52,100 bases of DNA from Anaerolineales bacterium (GTDB lineage: Bacteria > Chloroflexota > Anaerolineae > Anaerolineales > E44-bin32): contig DATIFK010000216.1 in assembly GCA_035455265.1 (NCBI GenBank), positions 1 through 52,100 on the forward strand. Direction: 5' to 3'. Below, one piece after another: positions 1 to 7,787 of the stretch. The notes beneath the pieces are model-generated. The model searched no databases, was not told the origin of the DNA, and worked only from the letters and a program-made list of their open reading frames with translations. Numbering within the stretch: the stretch's first letter is position 1; the number at the start of each line of letters is the position of its first letter. The translations under genes were made by a program, and so were the position numbers.

Positions 1-22
1 GTCAGCGAGCCTGGGGCGCGGC

Positions 23-1483
23 ATGGCCAACCTCACGACTCCCCGCCGAAGCCTGCGGCCCACCAGCCTCAGGGGGCGGGTTGCCCTGGGCGTGGCCCTG
101 CCGTTGCTCGTGGCCCTGGCCTCCTTCTCGCTGGCGCAGTACCTTCGCCAGCGAAATATCCTCGAGGCCCAGGCGCGGCACACCGCCGCACAGTTGGGAG
201 AAGTCGTCCTGGGCAGCCTCCGCTACGCCATGCTCGTCAATGATCAGAAGCTGCTGGCAACCGTGGTCCACGACGTCGGCCAGATGGATGCTCTCGATCA
301 GGTCTTGATCATCGACCTGGATGGGATCGTCCGCTTCGACAGCACCGGCACTCAGGTCGGCGACACCGAACGTACGCAGAAACCCGGATGCCAGGAATGC
401 CACGCTTACCCTCCGGCGGAACGCCCCAGAGCGGTCTACCGCACCGATAGCGCCGGCATCCTGCGCGTGGCCTCACCCATCCAGAACGAGCCGGCCTGCT
501 TCGGTTGCCATCCGTCATCCCAGGAACATCTCGGTGTCCTGCTGGCGGATGTGCCCTTGCTCGTCTGGCAGGAACGACTGCTCAGCGAACTTGGGTCCGA
601 CCTGGCCCTTTCGGCCGCCGGCACGCTCGTGGTGACTCTCGGCGTTTACGCCCTGGTCCACCGTGTATTGGTGCGCCGCCTGGAGCAGGCGCGCGCCCCG
701 CTGATGGCCCTCGCCGCGGGGGATCTCTCGGCCCGCCTGCCGGCGGACCGCTCCGGGGATGAACTCGACCAGCTGGCCGGCGCCGTCAACTCCATGGCCG
801 ACGGGTTGGGGCGCAGCCTGAAAGAGGAGCAGGAGCGTCAGCAGGAACGACAGCGCGCCATCGCCCACGAACGGGAACGCATCGCCCGCGAGCTCCACGA
901 CGGCTTGAGCCAACTGCTGGGCTACGTCAACACCAAGGCCATGGCGGTGCGCCTGCTGCTGCGCAACGGCCGCCAGGAGACGGCCGCCGAGCACCTTGGA
1001 CAGTTGGAGGAAGCCGCCCGCGAACTGTCGATCGACGTTCGCGAGTCCATCCTGGGCTTGAGGCTCGCCTCGCGCGGCGAGGGTGAGTTCCAGACGGCTC
1101 TTGAATCGCTGGTCGACCACACCGCCCGCCTGAGCGGATTCCCCATCGAACTGCATGCACCGCCTCTGGACGGCATCCACCTCTCGTCGGAGACGGAGAT
1201 CCATTTGCTGCGCATCGTTCAAGAAGCGCTGACCAACGTCCGCCGCCACGCCCGCGCCTCGCGCGCCGAAGTCCGCGTCGCACAGGAAGGCGGCTCCCTG
1301 CAGATCGACATCGAGGACAACGGCCGCGGGTTCACCCCTCGCGCCGCGCCCGGCGGGGCGCCCCACTACGGCCTGGAGATGATGCGCGAACGGGCGGCCG
1401 AGATCGGCGCCGACGTGAGCATCGATTCGTCCAGCGGCGAAGGAACCCGAGTGCACATCCGTTGGAACCTACCGGAGGTCTAG
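23..1483 (+). CDS. Sensor histidine kinase (HAMP/HisKA_3/HATPase_c) with two CXXCH haem-c motifs in the extracytoplasmic domain
   Basis: 486-aa ORF. Two TM segments flank a ~150-aa outer domain containing CQECH and CFGCH. H-box ERERIARELHDGLSQ. C-terminal DNGRGF and GLEMMRERA ATPase motifs. Confidence 0.85.
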   Translation: MANLTTPRRSLRPTSLRGRVALGVALPLLVALASFSLAQYLRQRNILEAQARHTAAQLGEVVLGSLRYAMLVNDQKLLATVVHDVGQMDALDQVLIIDLDGIVRFDSTGTQVGDTERTQKPGCQECHAYPPAERPRAVYRTDSAGILRVASPIQNEPACFGCHPSSQEHLGVLLADVPLLVWQERLLSELGSDLALSAAGTLVVTLGVYALVHRVLVRRLEQARAPLMALAAGDLSARLPADRSGDELDQLAGAVNSMADGLGRSLKEEQERQQERQRAIAHERERIARELHDGLSQLLGYVNTKAMAVRLLLRNGRQETAAEHLGQLEEAARELSIDVRESILGLRLASRGEGEFQTALESLVDHTARLSGFPIELHAPPLDGIHLSSETEIHLLRIVQEALTNVRRHARASRAEVRVAQEGGSLQIDIEDNGRGFTPRAAPGGAPHYGLEMMRERAAEIGADVSIDSSSGEGTRVHIRWNLPEV

Positions 1484-1485
1484 CC

Positions 1486-2142
1486 ATGGACATCCTGGTC
1501 GCAGACGATCACTCCCTGTTCCGCGACGGTATCGTCAGCCTGCTGGAGGCCGCCGGCCACAGTGTCGTCGGCCAGGTTGGGGACGGCGAGGCGGCCATAC
1601 GCGCCTCAGCCGATCTGCAGCCCGATCTGGTGCTGCTCGATCTGGCGATGCCGATCACCAACGGCTTGCAGGCTCTGGCCGGCATCAAGGCCCAGCGGCC
1701 GGAAACCAAGGTCGTCATCCTGACCGTGTCGGTGGAAGACGAAGATCTGTACGCCGCCATCCGGGCGGGCGCCGACGGCTATCTGCTCAAGAGCCTGACA
1801 TCGGCGGATCTCATCGAGATGCTGGACGGTGTCCAGCATGGTGAAGCCGCCATCACCCGGGCGACCGCCGCCCGCCTGATGGAGGGTTTCGCCGGCGACC
1901 GGGCCGGCGACGATGCGGCCTTCTCTCGCCTGACCGAGCGGGAGCAGGGGATCCTGCGCCTGGTGGCCGAGGGCCAGTCCAACAAGGCGATCGGACAGAG
2001 CCTGGCGATCAGCGAGAACACCGTCAAGTACTACATGAAGAACATCCTTCAGAAGCTTGGCGCTCGCAACCGCGCCGAGGCCGCCTCGCTCGCCATTCGC
2101 AAAGGATTGCTGGCCACCACCCATTCGGGTAGAACCGCCTGA
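1486..2142 (+). CDS. Response regulator, NarL/FixJ family (receiver + LuxR-type HTH)
   Basis: ATG 1486 lies 7 nt after GGAGG and 2 nt after the kinase stop. Receiver motifs DDHSLF and LVLLDLAMP. HTH: LTEREQGILRLVAEGQSNKAIGQSLAISENTVKYYM. Confidence 0.9.
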   Translation: MDILVADDHSLFRDGIVSLLEAAGHSVVGQVGDGEAAIRASADLQPDLVLLDLAMPITNGLQALAGIKAQRPETKVVILTVSVEDEDLYAAIRAGADGYLLKSLTSADLIEMLDGVQHGEAAITRATAARLMEGFAGDRAGDDAAFSRLTEREQGILRLVAEGQSNKAIGQSLAISENTVKYYMKNILQKLGARNRAEAASLAIRKGLLATTHSGRTA

Positions 2143-2266
2143 CTGAATCGGGCCAATTCCCTCCCCCGGAGGTGTGGCAGGGCTTAGGCCATCTGAAGGT
2201 TGTGGAGCCTTCCCGTCTTGCGCTAACCTTCACAACAGCGCCGGGGAAGTTACCGGCGTGTCACTC

Positions 2267-2614
2267 ATGCCGCGAACCCGGGTGGTCATCCTGGCTTCGC
2301 CCTCCTTGTTTGTCGAGGGAGTTGCCAGCCGCCTGCGCCGGCCAGAAGCGCAAGCTGATGTCGTGACGGTCAACCCGCACGACGCCGACGCTATCGAGCG
2401 GACGATGGCCGCGGAACCGAACGCGGTCATCTTGGATGCGGCCGATCCGGCGCGGCCGGGCGACGGGATTTGGCCGCAGCTGTTGCGCTCATTGCCCGGC
2501 GTGCGCATCCTGGATATCGACTCGCAGACACAGCGCGTCCGAGTCATCACTAGCGAGGAGCATTCCGCCTTCGAAGTAAAGGATCTGATCGACGTCCTGA
2601 GCCCACGCTCATGA
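2267..2614 (+). CDS. Hypothetical receiver-like protein (degenerate acidic pocket)
   Basis: Internal ATG 2267 of ORF 2174..2614. VVILASP...AVILDAAD pattern resembles a CheY-like fold, but AS replaces the N-terminal DD pair. No output domain. Confidence 0.45.
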   Translation: MPRTRVVILASPSLFVEGVASRLRRPEAQADVVTVNPHDADAIERTMAAEPNAVILDAADPARPGDGIWPQLLRSLPGVRILDIDSQTQRVRVITSEEHSAFEVKDLIDVLSPRS

Positions 2615-2717
2615 CGCCGGCCGCCAGAGGAGGCTGCAGGAAGGAATCTTCGAGACCGCGTCCATCCCAGCCAAGAAACCCGTACCTATCGGCGGAGCCC
2701 GCCACGAGGAGAATGCT

Positions 2718-4892
2718 ATGCAACGGAAGCTACTAATCTTGGGAGGAGCCCTGCTGGCCCTGGCGGCCCTTCTGGCTGCCTGTGGACAGGGGGCGGCCAC
2801 GACCGCACCGGCGGTCACCGAGGAGCCGGCGGCGCAGCCCACGCTGGAAGTCCCGTTCGAGGCGGAGTGGTCCGGCTCGGCCCACGCCGACGCCTCGGCG
2901 GAACCCTTCCGGCATTGGGACGAGGAGGATCCGGCGGCCATCCCGGCGGCGTGCGCCAAGTGCCACAGCACCTACGGCTACCGCGACTTCCTCGGCCTGG
3001 ACGGCACGGCCTACGGCAGCGTCGAGAACGACGCCCAGATCGGCTCGGTCATCACGTGCGTCGCCTGCCACAACACCGCCACCATGGCGATGGACAGCGT
3101 CGTGATGCCCTCCGGCCTGACGATCACCGGCCTCGGGCGCGAAGCACGCTGCATGCAGTGCCATCAGGGCCGCGAGTCGACCGTCAGCGTGAACGCCGCC
3201 ATCGAGGCGGCCGGCGTCGGCGACGACACCGTCAGCGAGGACCTGGGCTTCAAGAACATCCACTACTTCGCCGCCGCCGCCACCAAGTACGGCACGCTGG
3301 CCAAGGGCGGCTACGAGTACGCCGGCCGGACCTATGACGCCAACACGTCGCACGTGGCGCAGTTCGACACCTGCATCGAGTGCCACAACGTGCACACGCT
3401 GGAAGTCAAGGTCGACCAGTGCCGGGAATGCCACACCAACGTCAACACCGTCGAGGACCTGAAGAACGTGCGCATGAACGGCTCGCTGGTCGACTACGAC
3501 GGTGACGGCAACACCGAGGAAGGGATCTACTACGAGATCGCCGGCATCCGGGAGAAACTGCTCCAGGCCATCCAGGCCTACGGCGACAGCGTCGCCGGCG
3601 GGCCGATCGGCTACGACGCCGCGACCTACCCCTACTTCTTCGGCGACGCCAACAGCAACGGCACGGTCGACGAGGGCGAGGGCGCCTACGCCTTCTGGAC
3701 CCCGCGCCTGCTCCGGGCGGCGTACAACTACCAGGTCTCGATCAAGGACCCGGGGATGTTCGCCCACGGCGGCAAGTACATCATCGAACTGCTCTTCGAC
3801 TCTCTCGCAGACGTCAACACGGAGCTGGCCAGCCCGGTCTCGATGGACGGGATGCACCGCACCGACGCCGGGCACTTTGCCGGGTCGGAAGAGGCCTTCC
3901 GCCACTGGGACGAAGAGGGCGAGGTTCCGGGCACGTGCAGCCGCTGCCACTCGGCCGGCGGGTTGGCCGTCTTCCTCAAGGAAGGCGTGACCGTCTCGCA
4001 GCCGCTGTCCAACGGCTTCACCTGCTCGACCTGCCACGACTCCGTCAGCGAGTTCACCCGCCGCCAGGTCACCAATGTGACGATGCCCAGCGGCGCCACG
4101 GTGACCTTCAGCAGCGAGACCGACGCCGAAGGGAACCTGATCCCGGTCGACGCCAACCTGTGCCTGGTGTGCCACCAGGGCCGTGAGTCGACCGTCAGCA
4201 TGAACCGAGCGATCGGCAGCGTCGCTGATGACGTCGTGATCGGGGACACGAACGGCAACGGCGTGATCGACGAGGGCGAGCGGGCGGCCAGCTTCCGCAA
4301 CCCGCACTACTTCGCCGCCGGCGCCACGCTCTTCGGCGGCGACGCCCACGGGGCCTACGAGTACACCGGCCAGTCCTACCGCGGCCGCAACCTGCACGTC
4401 CAGAACCTCAACACCTGCGTCGGCTGCCACGACACCCACAGCCTGCAGGTCAAGGTGGCGACGTGCTCCGGCTGCCATCCGTCGGCCACCGACGTCGAGA
4501 CGCTCCGGACGATCCGCATGGACAGCTCGAAGGACATCGACTTCGACGGCGACGGGAACGTCACGGAGGGCATCGGCGAGGAAGTGGCGACGATGGAGGA
4601 AGCGCTCTATGCCGCCATCCAGGCCTACGGCGCCGACCACAATGCCGCGATCCTGTACGACGGCGCCAGGTATCCCTACTTCTTCTCCGACGCCAACGCC
4701 AACGGCACGATCGACGAGGGCGAGGGGAACTACGCCGCCTGGACGCCGCGCCTGCTGCGGGCCGCCTACAACTACCAATGGGTCCAAAAGGACCCCGGGG
4801 CGTTCGCCCACAACGGCAAGTACATCCTGCAGGTCCTGTACGACTCGATGAAGGATCTGGGCGGCAACGTCAGTGGGATGACCCGACCGTAG
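2718..4892 (+). CDS. Decahaem c-type cytochrome lipoprotein (two tandem pentahaem modules)
   Basis: GAGGAG lies 6 nt upstream. Signal peptide with lipobox LLAAC. Ten CXXCH motifs: CAKCH, CVACH, CMQCH, CIECH, CRECH, CSRCH, CSTCH, CLVCH, CVGCH, CSGCH. Internal ~330-aa repeat. Confidence 0.9.
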   Translation: MQRKLLILGGALLALAALLAACGQGAATTAPAVTEEPAAQPTLEVPFEAEWSGSAHADASAEPFRHWDEEDPAAIPAACAKCHSTYGYRDFLGLDGTAYGSVENDAQIGSVITCVACHNTATMAMDSVVMPSGLTITGLGREARCMQCHQGRESTVSVNAAIEAAGVGDDTVSEDLGFKNIHYFAAAATKYGTLAKGGYEYAGRTYDANTSHVAQFDTCIECHNVHTLEVKVDQCRECHTNVNTVEDLKNVRMNGSLVDYDGDGNTEEGIYYEIAGIREKLLQAIQAYGDSVAGGPIGYDAATYPYFFGDANSNGTVDEGEGAYAFWTPRLLRAAYNYQVSIKDPGMFAHGGKYIIELLFDSLADVNTELASPVSMDGMHRTDAGHFAGSEEAFRHWDEEGEVPGTCSRCHSAGGLAVFLKEGVTVSQPLSNGFTCSTCHDSVSEFTRRQVTNVTMPSGATVTFSSETDAEGNLIPVDANLCLVCHQGRESTVSMNRAIGSVADDVVIGDTNGNGVIDEGERAASFRNPHYFAAGATLFGGDAHGAYEYTGQSYRGRNLHVQNLNTCVGCHDTHSLQVKVATCSGCHPSATDVETLRTIRMDSSKDIDFDGDGNVTEGIGEEVATMEEALYAAIQAYGADHNAAILYDGARYPYFFSDANANGTIDEGEGNYAAWTPRLLRAAYNYQWVQKDPGAFAHNGKYILQVLYDSMKDLGGNVSGMTRP

Positions 4893-4915
4893 GTACATCT
4901 AGATCAGGGGGAATG

Positions 4916-4950
4916 GAACCGGGCGGCTTGGGCCGCCCGGTTCTGCTTTG
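4916..4950 (+). terminator. Rho-independent terminator after the decahaem gene
   Basis: GAACCGGGCGGC-TTGG-GCCGCCCGGTTC 12-bp stem followed by TGCTTTG. Confidence 0.6.
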
Positions 4951-5112
4951 CCGGGTATTCGTCGGCGGAGGGGTACGGCCGACCCAGAGCGAGGTGGGGC
5001 CCCCGACCCAGGCCAGGATGACACCGCCTCCCGATAGACGACTCACGCCGGATGTGCCATCGTAGTGGCAAGGAAGGCGTCCAGATCGATGCGGCCCTTC
5101 CGGGAGGATACG

Positions 5113-5373
5113 ATGGGTAAGGGTACCGGGATCGTCCTGCTGGCCATCCTCGGCCTGGCCCTTCCCTTTACGCTTCTGGCCCTGGCCGGTGTGGCCTGGC
5201 TCACGGAGAATCTGACGGCGATCGCCACCGCCGTCGGCGGAATCGACCTCCCTGCCCTCCTTCGCGAAGGCTGGTCGCGCTGGCCGGAGATCCTGGGCAT
5301 GTTCATCGGCCAGGCTCTGATCGTGCTGATCCTGATCCTGGCGCGGAAGGACCTGAAGGCGCAGTCCGCCTGA
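5113..5373 (+). CDS. Small hypothetical membrane protein (2 predicted TM)
   Basis: ATG 5113 preceded by GGGAGGA. Hydrophobic segments GIVLLAILGLALPFTLLALAGVAWL and GMFIGQALIVLILILA. No recognisable family. Confidence 0.5.
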   Translation: MGKGTGIVLLAILGLALPFTLLALAGVAWLTENLTAIATAVGGIDLPALLREGWSRWPEILGMFIGQALIVLILILARKDLKAQSA

Positions 5374-5397
5374 GAAGACGAGTTTCCGGTAGCCGCA

Positions 5398-5453
5398 GGC
5401 TTTAGCCTGCGGCATTCCCGCAGCCTAAAGGCTGCGGCTACCCGGCAACCGCC
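5398..5453. repeat. R1 palindromic repeat, two adjacent copies in opposite orientation
   Basis: GGTAGCCGCAGGCTTTAGCCTGCGGC, then CCCGCAGCCTAAAGGCTGCGGCTACCC. Each folds as a hairpin. Lies between convergent genes. Confidence 0.8.
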
Positions 5454-5454
5454 T

Positions 5455-6105
5455 TTAGGCCTGGATGATCCCCTTGCGAATGGCGTACTTGACCAGCTCG
5501 GCTCGCGAGTGCAGGTTGAGTTTCCGCATCAGGTTCTCGCGGTGGCGGGCGACCGTCTTGGGGCTGATCCCCAGGCGATCCGCGATCGCCTGATTGCTTT
5601 CCCCTTCGGCCAGCTGGGTCAGAACTTCCTGTTCGCGTGCGGTCAACCCGTCCAGCGCCCGCGCCGACTTCACCGCCTGCTCTTGCTTGAGGTAGTCCCC
5701 CACCAGAAGCTTGGCCAGCGACGGGTATAGGTAAACCTCGCCGCGCGCCGCGGCGTCGATGGCGCTCAGCAGCTCGTCCGGCGCCGCCCGCTTGGGCACA
5801 TAGCCGGTGGCGCCGGCGTCGAGCATCTTGAAGAAGTACTCGGCGTCCTCGTGGATCGTCAGCGCCACAATGGCGATATCCGGCCGCTGCCGCTTCAATT
5901 CGCGGGCGGCGTCGATGCCCGAGAGGTCGGGCAGGCCGATGTCCATCAGGACGACGTCCGGTTTCAGGCGCGCCGCGGCCTCGATGGCCTCGCGCGCCGT
6001 CCCGGCCTCCCCCACGATGGTCACATTGCCCTGCTCCTCCAGCAGCATCCGCAGGCCGGTGCGCACAACGGCGTGATCATCCACCAACAGCAGCTTTAGG
6101 CTCAT
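5455..6105 (-). CDS. Response regulator, NarL/FixJ family
   Basis: MSLKLLLVDDH...VVLMDIGLPD receiver. C-terminal LuxR HTH: LTAREQEVLTQLAEGESNQAIADRLGISPKTVARH. Confidence 0.9.
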   Translation of the reverse strand: MSLKLLLVDDHAVVRTGLRMLLEEQGNVTIVGEAGTAREAIEAAARLKPDVVLMDIGLPDLSGIDAARELKRQRPDIAIVALTIHEDAEYFFKMLDAGATGYVPKRAAPDELLSAIDAAARGEVYLYPSLAKLLVGDYLKQEQAVKSARALDGLTAREQEVLTQLAEGESNQAIADRLGISPKTVARHRENLMRKLNLHSRAELVKYAIRKGIIQA

Positions 6106-7576
6106 CCTCGACCTCGATATCCGTTTGGGCCTGGTAGGGGATTGTCACCTCCACCAGCGTCCCGCGTCCCGGCCCCGAATTCAGCCACAAGTTTCCGCCC
6201 AGCAGCGCCGCCCTCTCCTCCATGCCCAGCAACCCCCAGCGCACCCGCTTGCCTCGCTGGAGGCCCTCCGGATCGAATCCGATCCCGTCGTCCTCGACCG
6301 CCAGAGAGACGTCGCTCGCCTGGAACACGAGCCGAACTTTCGCCTGGTGCGCCTGGGCGTGCTTGACGACGTTGGTCAGCGCTTCCTGAGCCACCCGGAA
6401 CAGAGCTGTGGCCACTTCAGAGGGGATCGGGCGCGACTCCCCCGCCACCTCGACCGTCACTTCGAGTGGGGCGCGGGTCTGGATCTCCTTCCCGTACCAG
6501 CGCAGGGCCGCCGGCAACCCAAGGTCGTCCAGATGCGACGGCCGCAGGTCGGCGATCATGCGCTGCAACTCGGTGAGGGACTGCGAGGCCAGGTGCTCCA
6601 GCTTGCGAAGTGTCACGCCCGTCTTCTCGACATCCTGCTTCAAGGAGGTCGCCGCACCGCGCAGGCCGAGGCCGATGGCGGTCAGCGCCTGACCGGTTTC
6701 ATCATGCAATTCCCGAGCGATGCGTTGCCGCTCGGCCTCCTGCGCCCCCACAACTCGCTTGAGCAGTTCCCCGCGCAGAGCCTGACGGCGCTGGGCCTCC
6801 TCCAGGCGCGCCGCCTGGAGCGAGGCGATGTGCCGCTTGATTTCGACTTCCGATGATCGCAGGAAGCGGATGACGAAGACGGCCACCGCCAGGGCGGCCG
6901 CCGCCCGCAGCAGCTGGATGGGGAATCCGAAGACGTCCTGGAAGAGGTCCTGATTGATCCAGGTGGACGGAGGCAACGGGCTGGCACGGGTAAAGAGTTG
7001 GCCGACGCCGCCGTACCAAAGGAAGGCGATCGCTGCCCACAGGCTGTCCTGGCTGAACTGCGCCATCCCGGCTTGACGAAAGGCTCGCCGCAGGGCGAAC
7101 AGGCCGGCGCAGGCCAGCAGGGCGGAAGGGATCGCCAGGGAGTAACGCGTCCAGACGTCGGCAACCACGAGCATCGTCGGCAGATCGTAGCGACCCCGCA
7201 TGGCCAGCAGCCCGAGCCCCCAGAAGAGGGATTGCCCGACCGGCACCAGGATGCTCCAGCGGCGCAGGACGGCGTTGGGCGCCACCAGCGACGCACCGAA
7301 GGCCCCCAGGGCCAGGAACGACAAGGCCAGGATGGCCACGCGCAGACTGCTCCAAGCCAGCGGCACGCTGCGGGCGAAGGCGAAGAAACCCAGGAGCTCG
7401 AACATTTCCAGCCACTCATGGGCGCCGTGGATGATCCCGAATACCGCCAACGCCCTCAGAGCGTGCCTCAGCCGCGCGTCCGAGCCATGGCCCATCTCCA
7501 GCATGATGGCCAAGCCCATGCAGAAGAAGCACAGTCCGTAGAAGAAGTAGATGAGGATCAGGCTGTTCGACGCCAT
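6077..7576 (-). CDS. Sensor histidine kinase with polytopic N-terminal membrane domain (HisKA_3/HATPase_c)
   Basis: About 230 aa of repeated hydrophobic segments, then H-box RQRIARELHDETGQAL and DDGIGF ATPase motifs. Overlaps the regulator start by 29 nt. Confidence 0.85.
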   Translation of the reverse strand: MASNSLILIYFFYGLCFFCMGLAIMLEMGHGSDARLRHALRALAVFGIIHGAHEWLEMFELLGFFAFARSVPLAWSSLRVAILALSFLALGAFGASLVAPNAVLRRWSILVPVGQSLFWGLGLLAMRGRYDLPTMLVVADVWTRYSLAIPSALLACAGLFALRRAFRQAGMAQFSQDSLWAAIAFLWYGGVGQLFTRASPLPPSTWINQDLFQDVFGFPIQLLRAAAALAVAVFVIRFLRSSEVEIKRHIASLQAARLEEAQRRQALRGELLKRVVGAQEAERQRIARELHDETGQALTAIGLGLRGAATSLKQDVEKTGVTLRKLEHLASQSLTELQRMIADLRPSHLDDLGLPAALRWYGKEIQTRAPLEVTVEVAGESRPIPSEVATALFRVAQEALTNVVKHAQAHQAKVRLVFQASDVSLAVEDDGIGFDPEGLQRGKRVRWGLLGMEERAALLGGNLWLNSGPGRGTLVEVTIPYQAQTDIEVEDEPKAAVGG

Positions 7577-7683
7577 CCGCCGACGCGTTCTCCTGCGAGT
7601 CAGTCTAGCAGACGTGGCGCCGCTGGGAATCTACGAAGTCGAGGATGAATCTCCCGGATACGGCAGCCCACCCGAAAGAGCCA

Positions 7684-7787
7684 CCAGCATCCAGTAGCCA
7701 GGTGCCGGTCAAAGCTCCGACTGGGAACTGGCTACTGGAGGCTGGCTACTGGCAACCGGGTCGGGCTGGGGGCTGGTGGCTGGAAGC
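7684..7787. repeat. H7 heptamer array a (CCAG/CTGG type)
   Basis: CCAGCATCCAGTAGCCAGGTGCCGG ... CTGGGAA CTGGCTA CTGGAGG CTGGCTA CTGGCAA, then GCTGGGG GCTGGTG GCTGGAA. Ends at the TAG of the 7787..8704 gene. Confidence 0.8.

Noticed and set aside
2-403. 133-aa minus-strand ORF at the window start
   Set aside because: Antisense to the sensor kinase N-terminus. No features.
2733-4898. 721-aa ORF antisense to the decahaem cytochrome gene
   Set aside because: Shadow ORF typical of GC-rich DNA. Arg/Gly/Ala/Val-rich low-complexity translation, no motifs, and fully overlapped by a gene with ten CXXCH motifs and a lipobox.
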